DNA of 64,000 nt, from positions 48,546,001-48,610,000 of the forward strand of contig OZ024743.1 of NCBI GenBank assembly GCA_964016885.1, given 5' to 3'. Within the stretch, counting starts at the first letter, position 1. Each line of letters begins with the position of its first letter. The notes beneath the pieces are model-generated. The model was not told the origin of the DNA. It did not search any database and was given only the letters and a program-made list of their open reading frames with translations. This DNA comes from Eledone cirrhosa. Its lineage: Eukaryota. Position numbers and translations under genes: made by a program. Shown here one piece after another: positions 51,209 to 64,000 of the stretch.

Positions 51209-51640
51209 TTAAACTGACTGTGTGTGGTAAGTTTTATACTAACTATTCAAATTGTTAACCTCATCTTTTGAGAGGAAAATATATTTTCAATATTTACACC
51301 TACATTGTTATTTTGATCAAGGATCAATCCAATGAAAGCATAATGTAGGTGTAAATATTGGGGTGGTAGTAAGAGATAGGTGAAATATTGGTGGGTAGTA
51401 AGAGGTAAACACTTTTTCATCCCTCTAAAGATGTGACTAATAATTGAAATAGAATAATCACCATTGTTATTAATACCTCAACTTAAAGGGAACTTAAAGA
51501 TGATTTTGTTTTTATCATTAGAAAGTTCAATAGCTCTGAGGTCAAACTCCATAAAAAATTGATGATTTTCATCCTTCCGCAGTTTATTGAGTTAACAAGT
51601 ACCAGTCATAAATACACTGGCTTGATGTCAATTACCTATG

Positions 51641-51915
51641 TCCTACAGTACAGGCCTTGCACTTGTCCTAGAGTACAGACCTTGCACTTGTCCTACAGTA
51701 CAGACCTTGCACTTGTCCTACAGTACAGGCCTTGCACTTGTCCTACAGTACAGACCTTGCACTTGTCCTACAGTACAGGCCTTGCACTTGTCCTACAGTA
51801 CAGGCCTTGCACTTGTCCTACAGTACAGGCCTTGCACTTGTCCTACAGTACAGGCCTTGCACTTGTCCTACAGTACAGGCCTTGCACTTGTCCTACAGTA
51901 CAGGCCTTGCACTTG
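51641..51915. repeat. Minisatellite, 11 x 25 bp (TCCTACAGTACAGGCCTTGCACTTG)
   Basis: Directly visible and near-perfect. Lies at the 3' end of a degenerate SINE (51525-51640). Confidence 0.95.
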
Positions 51916-52219
51916 GTAAAAAAAAAGTTATTTTATGAGACAGTGTATTTTCTAAATATCACCAACAATTATAAAATACTTTTGTAGGGGGTGTTTGCTC
52001 TTTGTTTTTAAAATCCAGATGCTATTTCATATCGCAATCTGCTGCTATATTCTTCACAACAGGGCTTACCCAAGATTGTGGGTATACGTAGCCTATTAAT
52101 TTAGTGACTTCGTCAATGTGAAGCTGACAGCAGCTTTTTAAATTAATTATTAACAACACTTTGCACAGATGACTTTGCTAAGTTATTATGTTAGTGAGAT
52201 ATTTTCTTTTTGTTACCGT

Positions 52220-52257
<38 letters not shown>

Positions 52258-52414
52258 TATACATGTGTGTATATGTATATATATATTTATATATACATAT
52301 ATATATGGTACATGTGTAGGTTTTTAGTGCTGTATAAATTATAAATGTAAATTCATCCTACCGTCACCTCATATATACCGTGCAAATTTTGGAATAGGTT
52401 TTATATATATATAT

Positions 52415-52543
<129 letters not shown>

Positions 52544-52649
52544 TGGTTTCCAAAGGCAACAGTTAAAGCTGGTATCTAACGTCAGCTTTCGTATGAATGT
52601 TTCACATGTATATTATATCTAAGAATGTGTGTGTGTGTGTGTATATGTA

Positions 52650-52704
<55 letters not shown>

Positions 52705-52776
52705 TCAAGTTACATGATAGTACAACAATACAAAGCCTTTAGGGGGTCTTTCTATCCGTGTATATATCTGATTGCT

Positions 52777-52807
<31 letters not shown>

Positions 52808-52828
52808 GCGTATTATTATTATTAGTAT

Positions 52829-53020
52829 TGGGCGGTGGGTTGGTAGTATCGGTAGAGCGTCAGACACCATGCTTTGTAGCATAGAGTTATGGCCCTTTAT
52901 ATTCTGAGTTCAAATCCCGCCGAGGTTGACTTTGCCTTTCATCCTTACAGGGTCGATAAAATAAAGTACCAGTAATGTACTGGGTAATTGCTGGCCGTGT
53001 GCCAAAAGTAGAAACAATTA
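52829..53020 (+). mobile_element. SINE (family 2)
   Basis: Homologous to 24462-24648; flanked by an attattattagtattg duplication. Confidence 0.85.
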
Positions 53021-54165
53021 TTATTAGTATTGTTTATTTGTGGTTTAGTGATAACCTTGCTAGTATTGAGTTTTATACTTCTTCGTTCCACTAAACATCG
53101 TTCAGCTTCCTTATAGTTAGTTTTTAGGTTCGTCATGAATTTTCTTTTTCTATGGCACCTTGAAAATATAAAACCAAAAAAAAAACCCTCTTCACACGTT
53201 TCCCAGGAAAGTTGGTTGAGGGAGTAGGTTGGGTGCTTTTGTAAGTATAAACAAAAGCATCTTTCCTCCTCCTCCTCTCTTCTTCACCCAAACATACCCT
53301 TACCCACACTTATTTGTTTAAAACACCTCGGAACAGCCTCTCTTGTTTAAATCAGGTTTTGTTGCTTTCTCCCCCAACCCTTTTCCTCGCCCACTCACCC
53401 TTTCATTTTTTTTTTTAATGGTTTCAGCTTTTGACGTGAAATTACATACAGGAAGACTTTAAAAAAAAAAGTATTTGGACATTTATAAACAGTATTTAAG
53501 CTACTACTGTGTACATCTTATCTCGTTTATTAATTATATATCACCACGCTAAACCACAATCTTGTTAATAAATTTATTCTGTGGCATTTGAAATCAGTAA
53601 AAACAATTTTTCATGTTATGATAGAAGAAACGTTTATTTTCTATACTTCATATCATATAAAACTGTAATCAGATTGTTAATGTTTGTTTGTTGGGGTTTT
53701 TTTCCTTCTTCCTTTCCTTGTGTTTTTTTTTTTTTTTTTCTGCTGAAAATATGTAAAATGAAAAAAAAGAAGAAAATAAAAACTCTATTTTGAGAATTTA
53801 AACAGTTATCTGACCTCCTGAACTGTATTAATCTGTCTCCCCCACACCATCACTACGACCCTTACATCTTTGTTGTTGTTGTCATCATCATCATCATCAA
53901 CAGGTCTATATCTATCAATATGATTCCAGCAATCTTTTGAAATATTTTCCCCCTGATTATTATTTCAGTGTATTAAGTGTTATTGATTTATAATTTGTCA
54001 CTTAACTTCTTACTTCTGCGGCTCCCACCAAAAACATGTGCATTGATAAACTTTGAGCAGGCATGTGTGTCATTGTAATTGGTCTTGTAATGGCTAGGGT
54101 GTTCATCTTGTGATCGTAAAGTCATGAGTTTGATTCCTTGACTGGGCAGCATATTGTGTACTTAA

Positions 54166-54361
54166 CCCTTTAGCATTTACATTACTCTATATTTACTATT
54201 GTATTTTCATGGTAAATCTCACATAATATTGAATCTGAGATTTTGATATTTATTTTGAGAACAATACCTTAACATTGGTATGAGCAGCCAGTTATGACCG
54301 GTTTGAACAGAAAGAGGGGAGAAAATTCTGGCCAGATATGGCCAGTTTAAATGCTAAATGG
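54166..54361. mobile_element. piggyBac-like MITE family 1, copy 5 (orientation B), nested in a tRNA-SINE
   Basis: Splits the SINE core gtgtacTTAA|...|TTAAgcaagacacttt, which directly shows the TTAA target duplication. Confidence 0.85.
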
Positions 54362-56705
54362 TTAAGCAAGACACTTTATTTCACATTGTTCCATTTCAGA
54401 AGAAATGAGTTGTGACATCACTGGTGCCAAGCTTTATTAACTTTTGCTTTTCATTGGACAGTATCAGTGTTTTGAAGAAAGAAGACTGACATGCATGAGT
54501 GACTGCTGGTCTTCACCTTGGAGAGTAACTTTCCAGGTACAAACACATGGTCAGTTATGATAAATAAAAAGTTCTTTCTCCTTCTAGTTGGTAAAAATAT
54601 AATCCATTGAGTTATAAAACTACTACTGAATATCTCCTCTTCGTTTAGACCAAATTATTTGGAAGAGTTCACACCCTACTAAGTTATAGTGAGGAGAAAA
54701 GTTAACCCTTTCATTCTCATGTTTCTAATGAAAGACTGCCTGTGATTTTCAAACCATTTTGAAAATATAAATTTGCAGGGATTTAGTAATGTAACTGTCT
54801 CATTATTAATCCTTTCATTACCATATTTCTAATGAGACTGTCCATGGTTTTCAAATCATTTTAAAAGCAATCACGAATTTAGAAGGATTTAGTAATGTAA
54901 CTAACTTTCTCATTATTATGTCAGTATTTGAAAATAACTTCAGAAAATTTCTTGTATAAAATTATGATGGATGGTTTTTAGATAAATATAAATACTTTGA
55001 AATAAGCATGTCTGTATCTTAGAACCAAGGACTGTTTCATGCATTTTGGTATGAAAACGGCTAAACCCACAACAGCAAGATAAAACCTTTATAAGTTTTT
55101 TAATGCTATCATTGTTTAAAGCAGTTATTCCCTATAGTAGCTACATACAGCTAGTTAGACTTGTCTGCTAAGAGTTAAGAATACAATCTATAAAATTTTT
55201 GACTGGCAACTTGGTATCTTATTAATTTGTCCATTAGAGTTTGGTTCCACTGTGTGATACCTCAGATTGGCCCAAATCTTTGTAGAAACTCATCAAGTGA
55301 ACCATTGCTTTAATTAAGATGGACATTATCATGTTGATTCTGCTTTAAGAATATGTTAAATGTTCAGGGTTCTGTGGAATATTCAACCACTAAACTTCAA
55401 TACGCAGTTTCATTGATTGGCTGACACATACACATCATCAAAACTGATGCTAAATCCATTTACATGTATATGTGAAGGTTCATGGCCTAGTGGTTAGAGT
55501 CCTGGATACATGGTCATAAGATCATAGGTATAATTCTTTGGCAGGGCAGTGTACTGTGTCCTTCAGCTAGACACATCATTTCATATTGCACTAGTCCATT
55601 CAGCTGAAAACAAAATATGAATATCAGTAGCAACTGATAGGACTGAGGCCTCAATCATTACAACAGCAAAGAAACTTCCTATGAAATGCAACTTCATAAG
55701 AGAGCAGGAACAAGCAAGAGTACTGAGTTAGTCTGTGTTGACCCATCCAATGGAAAATGGACATTACATGATGTTGATGATGATGATTAAGAAAGATAAC
55801 TGGCAATTGAACAGAGACAATATAGGATAAAGAGGACTCTTCCGTCTTGCTGAGTACATCATAGCATCTCTAGCACTGTTGTTTGATAAAATGCACCTAG
55901 TACACTCTGTTGAGTAGTTGAAATTAAGAAGGGCATCCTGTCATAGAAATTATATCAAAATATGAAACGTATCAGCATGACAAGTCTCCAACCCATCTAG
56001 TCTCAGACAGTGATGACCTGTCCAGCCCATGCCAGCATAGAAAGTGAACATAAAATCATGGTAAATATTTATCCTAAACATTGGGTATGATAGTTAATTG
56101 CTTGAATAGAAGAGAGACATATGTAGCAGTTACCGATATCTAGATGAATTGAGGCAAGGCCAATAAATCTTACCTAGAAAAAAAATTTTGTGTAGAAGTT
56201 GGTATCCTAATCAGGTATTTCTTTCATGTTGCCTCGGCTGAACAGCAACAATATAAGTTAGTGAGCACCTTTTAGTCATGTTGAGGACATAACAAACTCT
56301 CTAGTGCTGGTGCCATGATAAAATTGCCCAGCCTACTCTGTAAAGTGGTAGTGCTGGTTCCATGATAAAAAGTACCCACTACACTCTATAAAGGAGTTGG
56401 CATTAGAAAGGGTATACAATTGTAGAAACCATGTCAAAAATGGAAAATACAAGCAATACAAGATTCTCCAACATGAAAAGCAGACTTAAACTGATGATGA
56501 TGACGATATGCATGTGAGTAATTAATACATATATAAAGTCTTTTGTTGGTAAATTATTGCAATGTGAATTAGACGGTAAATGTTAAAAATATAACAATGT
56601 TCTTGCAGTTCTTTATAGATCCTTATATTTTGGGATAAAATCGCTTCATCAAAAAATTAATAGGAGAAACTAATTCGGAGCTGTATATTTTTTTGTCACT
56701 CTTAA

Positions 56706-56917
56706 CCCTTTAGCATTTACATTATTCTATATTTACTATTGTGTTTTCATGATAAACACTTTATCTTGCATAATAATCTCACATAATATTGAATCTATGC
56801 AATTTTGATATTAATTTATTTTGAGAATGATACCTTGACATAAGTATGAGTGGCCAGTTTGAACAGAAAGAGCTGAGAGAATTCTGGCCAAATATAGTTG
56901 GTTTAAATGCTAAAGGG
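56706..56917. mobile_element. piggyBac-like MITE family 1, copy 6 (orientation B)
   Basis: TTAA-CCCTTTAGCATTTA...TAAATGCTAAAGGG-TTAA. Confidence 0.85.
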
Positions 56918-57045
56918 TTAAGCTGCCAATTGTCATATTCTTAATATTTACCATCCAGTTGACATTGTGGTAGCTTTCAAATAAAACACTATTTTCTACG
57001 CTTTACACAACTACAACACCTTTATATATATATATATATATATAT

Positions 57046-57686
57046 ATGAACGGAAAAGCATAAATGAACTAAGTGAGAAATTAGGAATAAGAGGGATCAG
57101 ATGCTGTTTACTCGAGAGAAGACTATGTTGGTATGGTCACGTGATGCGCATGAAAGACGACAGCTGTATAAAAAAGTGCAGAGCGATCAAAATAGACGGT
57201 ATCCACGGAGTAGGCAGACCCAGAAAAACCTGGGACGACTTGATAAATTCCGACCTCACACACTTACACCTCTCCAAGACAATGTCACTGGACCGAGATC
57301 TTTGGCGCTACGTAGTAATACAGAAGACCCGCCTTGCCTAAGTGCAAAGCGAAACCTACAGTCAGTAGGTACCTCTTACTAAAATACAGCCCCGTCCCAC
57401 TACCCCCACCCCTTTCGATGTAAAGTTATGTTGGTACCACAACATCCAGTCCTAAATAAATGAGGTCGTGTAGGTGTCACGACAAAAAAACACAGTCCAC
57501 GCTGTAATGTGACCGTGTAGGTAACACGGTAAAAACCCAGTCCACACTGTAAACGTGGTTGGTGTTAGGAAGGGCATCCAGCCGTAGAAAACCCGCAAGA
57601 CAACCAATCTTGCCTCAAGTGGGAAAATTCCCGTCCAAACCCATGCTAGCGTGGAAGATGGACGTTAAACTATGATGATGATGATA
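57046..57686 (+). mobile_element. RTE LINE 3' fragment flanked by (TA)n
   Basis: WYGHVMRMKDDSCIKKC...GRPRKTW, 3' UTR and (TGA)n tail. Confidence 0.92.
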
Positions 57687-57726
57687 TATATATATTTATG
57701 TGTGTGCGTATATATATATTTATTTA

Positions 57727-57757
<31 letters not shown>

Positions 57758-59175
57758 GCACACACATAAATAAATATATATATATATATACGCGCACACA
57801 TAAATATATATATATATATATAATTTCAGTTTCTATTCCTGGTGTGGATATTGCTGATCAGTGTTTTTAATTCAGAATATTATACTCTGCTAAACCTAAA
57901 CATTAATTTAAGAAATAAATGTCAAGGATTTGACAATGTCTCTAGTGTTTGGTGCCATGATAAAATGCACCCAATGCACTCTGGAGAGTGGTAGTCCTGG
58001 TGCCAGGATAAATACTACCCAGTACACTCTATAAAGTGGTTGGTGTCAGGAAGGGTATCCATTTATATAATTGCTATCACCTGCATGCTTTTCGTGTAAA
58101 TTTCATAAGTTAAAAGAATATCGTTACCAAATCTAATGATAGTCTGTCTATTTATAAAGCCATAGCCAAAAGCTATCCACAAGTCATTAGCTCCTTAGAA
58201 TACATGATTAGTACAGAGTAGAACACTTGAAGTAGATAATTTCATCTTCGTTACAAACTGGTTTTCACCATGAATAAAAAATATGTTAACCCTTCATTTT
58301 AATTAGGTCAGTGATATTTTATTGAAAAAACATAAGTATTGCTGTGTGGCTGAAGACTTCACTTCAATCCTACTGCATAGAATCTTGGGCGTCTACTAGT
58401 AGGTTAACTAATGCCTTGTGAATGAAATTTGGTGCACAGAAATTGGGGGGAAGCCTATCACGTGTGTCTATCCATGTCTGCAATTACTTTTATTATTTAT
58501 GTATGTCTCATAACTTAACAGTTCAATAAAATATGTATTGGGTTTGATTTGATCATCTAAATACCTTCAAGGTGGTGCCCAAGTATGGCCACAGTTCAAT
58601 GAGAGAAACCAGTAAAAGAATATAAATAAATGAATACCTGTAGTATATGTGATTTCATATATGTATTTCTTCAAAATATTACTGAAAATCTTATAAAAAA
58701 ACCCTTAAACTTTATAATAGAAAGTATATGTACACATCATTTCCTTTATAAAAAAAAAAAAAAAAAAAAAAACCATATTAAAGTTTTTTCTGGCTCTCTT
58801 TAGTCACGATTGACCATGGATTTGCATCTGGAAAATACCTCTCCAAAATGCAAGCCTAGACAAAATGTTTTGTGGAAGACTAGTAGCCAGCCATGCCAGT
58901 CTACCCTCTCTATGCCAAGGGAAAGGCAAAGGGTGATACAGCTTAGCACCAATGATGTTGTAACTCGTTTTTTTCAGTTGAGTAGACTGAGGTACCATGA
59001 AACAAGACGTTTTGTTCAAGGACATAATGCACCACCCAATCTGGGAATCAAACTCATTACCTTACAATCATGAACCCCCAACTATCTAACCACAAACCTT
59101 TAAAAAGCTTTAGAATGTCATGAAAACCTGTGAAACTTTACTGACAAACACTGAAGAGAATAACCTCAAAAATAT

Positions 59176-59360
59176 AATTGTTTCTACTTTTGGCACAAGG
59201 CTAGCAATTACCCCAATGCATTACTGGTACTTTATTTCATTGATCCTGTAAGAATGAAAGACAAAGTTAACCATGGCAGGATTTGAACTCAGACTGTAAA
59301 GGGCCATAACTATGTTGCAAAGTATGGCGTCCGACCCTCTACCACTACTCCCAATCCACC
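59176..59360 (-). mobile_element. SINE (family 2)
   Basis: Reverse complement of 24462-24648. Confidence 0.8.
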
Positions 59361-60014
59361 TAAAAAATATAATGTTGAACCTTTTGGTTTTGTATGAATC
59401 CTAGCTGTGCAGCAATGCTCTACAGTTTCTGCCATTCCACTATCGGATAGAGGTCTTATATTATTGATTTCTAATTGACGCAAATGGCCAGCAAAATCTT
59501 GACTGGTACCATATGTCAACCCTGGAAGGACTTTAGTTGACCTCAGCAAAATTGGAATTCAGAATAAATTCACTACTCTTTAATAGTTTCTAATTTTGGG
59601 GAGGAGACTGTTGTTTATATCAACTCCAACACTACACTGGTATTTTATTTTTAAAGAGGTTCTTATAATATTAACTAATATAATTGATTATAGTTACATT
59701 GAATACTTGTATGTCTTAAATTACTGTAAAATAATCCATTTTTATAGCCAGTAGTGTATTAGATCAATGAGCAGATACTGTTTGGTATAAAATTCTATTG
59801 ATTTATAATATGTTCTGGTGGAAATATCTAAAAATAGTACAACTGATATGTATCATATGTATGTAACATTTCTTCTAAATGTAGTTAGTTGACTGCCTTT
59901 GTTATGAGTGTTTGTGTGTGTATATATATATATAATCATCAACATCATCATCATCATCATTCTCCCATCAACTTTTCCATGCTGGCATAGATTGGACAGA
60001 TTTTGAAGCAAATA

Positions 60015-60613
60015 CAGTAATCCCCGCTATATCGTGGTTCACTTTTCACGGCCCTGCTACATCGCGAATTTTTCTTTGGAACGTATCTATTTTCCTATCG
60101 CGGTAATCCTTGCTACATTGTGAATTTTTCATTAGAACATATCTATTTTCTTATCGCGGTACGTCTGAATAAGAAGTATTTAAAATTTAAACTTATTAAA
60201 TAAGTTTCGATCTGATTGAAGTGTATATCGTAAGGAAGGGACATCTTAAGGCTTTAATTATGAAAAATTTGTTTTTATTTTTCATTCTTTTAGTGTTTTA
60301 CTGATTGTGTTTTTCTCTAATCTACTACAAACCCTTCATAGATTGACGGGAGATATGCAGTGTATTACCAAGTGGCTACCGTGGCTGGCAATGGCCTTCA
60401 TTGGTAACTAGTGGTACAATAGTTGGTGGTAGTTTCTATATGATAATTACTGGCTGTTTTTTGGTTTTTAAATACAAAAGTGTGTTTTAATGAGTTTATA
60501 GGTACTTAAACTATGAAAACAACAGTTGTCTTTGTGGTCTCTCTATATCATGGATTTTCATTTATCACAGTTGGTTCTTGAACGTATTCCCCGCGATAAA
60601 CGGGGGATTACTG
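60015..60613. mobile_element. Tigger/pogo-like non-autonomous DNA transposon
   Basis: TA-CAGTAATCCCCGCTATATCG ... CGATAAACGGGGGATTACTG-TA imperfect TIRs with a TA duplication. Confidence 0.8.
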
Positions 60614-61248
60614 TATATATATATATGTGTATACATATATATATACACACGTGTATGAGTGTATTTATCTATCTATCTCTATATCTCTATATCTCTCTCT
60701 CTATATATATGTGTGTCTTATAACCTTTCAAGTCAAAGTGACACTTGAGTGAATAATAAAAGCCTCTATGCAGTCAATCAACCTGCTTGAAATAGCAGCC
60801 AGATCTGCCTCAAATCCCTCCCTATTTGTCTTTAAAAATGGGGAAAGACTTCATTTATACCTTTAAACAGTATTACCCTTTTGTTTCAATATCAAAACAG
60901 TGAAGCACCTGAATAAATGGTATCCTAGATATTGGAACAAAAGATATTGGAACAAAAGACAGGATGGTCACGCCTAGAATGTATTTGATCAATAGGTCTG
61001 CTGCATGTGGACTTATCCGGAACTAAAGAACAACAATAACAGCCTTCTCATCAACAAATTTAGCCAGCTTTATTGAGCTCACTTTTCAAGCTATAACCAT
61101 AGGAAGAGTTCAACTGAGTTAAACTCAGCTCTGCAAACAGAAAATAACAAAAAATGAAACCTCTTGTCAGTGATTTAATGCCATATCTGTGAATAGCTAT
61201 AACAATATATTGTTTATTCATATATATGAATGTCTGTGTGTATGTATA

Positions 61249-61296
<48 letters not shown>

Positions 61297-62081
61297 CATA
61301 TATATTTATTAAAATAACAGATTAAAGTTTAAGCAAAGAATCGCTGCTTTCACCCGTCTAGGGTTCTTATATATTTGATATATATTTATCCTTATCGAGA
61401 CCACTTTGGATTTTAGTCTTCACATTTATTATTATTACTATATATATATATATATAGCAGTATATATATAGCAGTGTTAAGAAAATTGTTTGTTGTGACC
61501 AGATGTAGTTTGTATTAGTGATTTGGTTTGTGTGGTGACTAGATGAAAGCATGTGTAAAAGGTAATGCTTGGTTCATTGTTGTGTGGTAGATTTGTTGTA
61601 GTAATTGTTGGCTTGGGTGATTCCATGAGTTGCTCACTCCTACATAAAGCAATGTGGGAATGTTTCTAACTTATGGCAAATGAATTGTGTCTGAAAAATG
61701 CATAGAACTAACTTCTGTTGGGATTGAACGGGAGCATGGCTGTCTCAACTCACTGGCCGAAAGAGGTGACCCAATGGAATCACTGATGGTAACTACATTG
61801 TCTGGTTGCTGGAACAGAGTTGGACAGCAGGGAGCTGTTTATTTACTAGAATCATGTTGTGGTTGACAATTTACAGAAAGCCCCAGAAAACTGTATTCTT
61901 CCAGACAGTTTGGCGACATGAACCCCCAAAACTGGAAATAAATTATGCTAAATATTGTACAAAAGAAATTGCTTATCTATTCCTATTTCCTGAGGCCAGA
62001 GGTTAGTGTCTGTGGTTGCATGATTTATTTCACCAACTGGGGGAACAATAGTTTAAATCTTGCTATATATATATATATATA

Positions 62082-62701
62082 TCATCATCATCATCATCAT
62101 CATCAGGTTTAGCGTCCGTGTTCCACGCTTGCATGGGTTTGGACGGGGGTTTTCCCACTTGAGGCAAGAGTGGTTGTCTTGCTCGCATAGGACTGTCTGG
62201 CGGGTTTTCTACAGTTGGATGCCCTTCCTAACACCAACCACATTTACAGTGTGGGGCTGGGAGGTTTTTACCGTGTTGCCTACACGGCCACATTACAGCG
62301 TGGACTGTCTGGCGGGTTTTCTACAGCTGGATGCCCTTCCTAACACCAACCACATTTACAGTGTGGGGCTGGGAGGTTTTTACCGTGTTGCCTACACGGC
62401 CACATTTACAGCGTGGACTGTGTGTTTTTTGTCGTGACACCTACACGATCTCATTTGTTTCGGCCTGGATGTTGTGGGACCAACATAACTTTACATTGAA
62501 AGGGGGCGGTGTGGGTGGGGTGGAGGTGGTGGGACGGGGGTGTGTTTTGATAGAGATGCCTACTGACTGTAGTAGGTTTTTACTTTGTATTTAGGTAAGG
62601 CGGGTCTTCTCTATTACTGAGTACCGCCAAAGGTCTCGGTCCAGTGACATTGTCTTGGTGAGGTGTAAGTGTGTGAGGTCGGAATTTATCAGCTCGTCCC
62701 A
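62082..62701 (-). mobile_element. RTE LINE 3' fragment with a ~113-bp internal tandem duplication, flanked by (TA)n
   Basis: Homologous to 1954-2455. The segment 62190-62302 is repeated from 62303. Confidence 0.92.
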
Positions 62702-62791
62702 TATATATATATATGTGTGTGTGTGTTTGTGTACATATATATATGTGTGTGTGTGTGTTTGTGTACATATATATATGTGTGTGTGTGTGTG

Positions 62792-63340
62792 TAGCAATTT
62801 CTACCCACCACTTTCCTACACATTGAGCAGAGCCATTTCCAGAAGGCATCATGGCCCTGTTTTCCTTTCTACTTACAAGAACTTTGGTTTTTGTCAAGTT
62901 GACTTTAAGATCTTTTGATTCCAGGTTATGCTTCCAAGTCAGGAATCTTTTTTCTAGTTCTGCCATAGATTCAGCTTTGAGAATTAGATCATCAGTATAC
63001 AGGAATTTTCAAGGGCATCCTATTTTAACTTATTTGTTATAGCCTTGACGACGATAATAAAAAAAATAATGGAAGGCTGAGGATGGAGCCCTGGTGGACC
63101 CCAACTTGCTAAACTCCTCACTATAGTCATTATTAATTTTAACCTGGTGGACTGCACCTCTGTACATGGCTTGTACTGACCTCACAAGCCTCTTGTCCGC
63201 CCTAGTTTCCTAAGTGGCCACAAAATTACAGAATGGGAGACCCTGTCAAAAGCTTTCTCTATGTCAACAAATGCCAAGTAGAGGGGTTTACTTTTAGCTG
63301 GGTACCTCTCTTCAGTTGCCTCACAAAGAAGAGAGCATCC
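62792..63340 (-). mobile_element. Older RTE LINE RT fragment
   Basis: YLAFVDIEKAFDRV, GVHQGSILS, LYTDDLIL and KVNLTKTKVL remnants. Confidence 0.85.
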
Positions 63341-63576
63341 ATATATTTATATATATAAGTAGAGATGTGTAATTGAGACACAAAGAGATTCAGGAGAACG
63401 AGAGACAGAAAGAAATAGTGGAGATAGGAGAGAGAAGTTGTGAGGAACTAAAGATAGTTACAGAAGAAAACGAAGAGTGGAGGAAAAGGGTGAGAGTGCA
63501 GCAGACTGAGATATGATAGAGTGAAAGAAGTGAGGAAGGAAGGTAGATATATGTGCAGATATATAACCAAATATGT

Positions 63577-63856
63577 GGAGGCATGTGGCCTAGTGGTAAG
63601 GGTGTTGGACTTACGTAATGTCGTGGGTTCAGTTCCTGGCTTGTGTGTTGTGTTCTGGAGCAAAGTACTTCATTTCACGTTGCTCCAGTATACTCAGCTG
63701 AAAATGAGTATCAGCAATAGCTGGGGGTTTAATCCTGCGATGGACTGGTGTCCTGTCCAGGGGGGAGTATTGTACTCTCAGTCGCTTCACACTATGAAAC
63801 CGGGATAAGCACCGGCCAAATGAGCCTTCTGCCTTAAGACAGACTTTAGACTTAGA
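63577..63856 (+). mobile_element. Full-length tRNA-derived SINE
   Basis: A-box TGGCCTAGTGG, B-box-like GGTTCAGTTCC, (agactt)n tail. Homologous to 15627-15915. Confidence 0.85.
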
Positions 63857-64000
63857 TATAACCAAATACACAGCCAGCTACCTAGATAGATTAATGGGTT
63901 GGATAGTGGCTTGATGGATGAGTATGTGAGCTTGCAGTAAGTTTAAGATATAAAACAATAATAAAAAATGTCTTATATTATCTCAGAATTTTTCTATTGC

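Noticed and set aside
61330-62060. Possible unclassified element (also 11105-11280 and 28330-28790)
   Set aside because: Composition differs from the flanks, but I could not identify termini or protein motifs with confidence.

Overview
Animal genomic DNA: AT-rich, with GT-AG introns, tRNA-derived SINEs, RTE LINEs with (TGA)n tails and many TA/CT/CA microsatellites. The repeat landscape suggests a coleoid cephalopod, probably Octopus (inference, not proven). The one host gene is the 3' half of a PP2A B56/B' regulatory subunit (PPP2R5 alpha/beta/epsilon, widerborst class) on the + strand. Its coding exons are 17735-17843, 18205-18258, a tandemly duplicated 51-nt pair (25571-25621 and 25679-25729), 33551-33670, 34849-35078 and 49106-49205 (stop). 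I found no upstream exons, so they probably lie before the window. The introns contain young, rearranged RTE LINE fragments joined by TA microsatellites, a Chapaev3-type DNA transposon, piggyBac- and Tigger-like MITEs, SINEs and a ~10 kb array of a 48-bp repeat (~210 copies). Main observations: (1) a candidate mutually exclusive exon pair in B56, separated by only 57 nt; (2) the intronic satellite derives from a retroposon sub-repeat and has a poly(A)-signal-like layout in almost every monomer, upstream of a weak last acceptor and downstream of an in-frame intronic stop; (3) patchwork and inverted RTE copies plus several hairpins that could form dsRNA in the pre-mRNA. The very long ORFs in the track are repeat artefacts.
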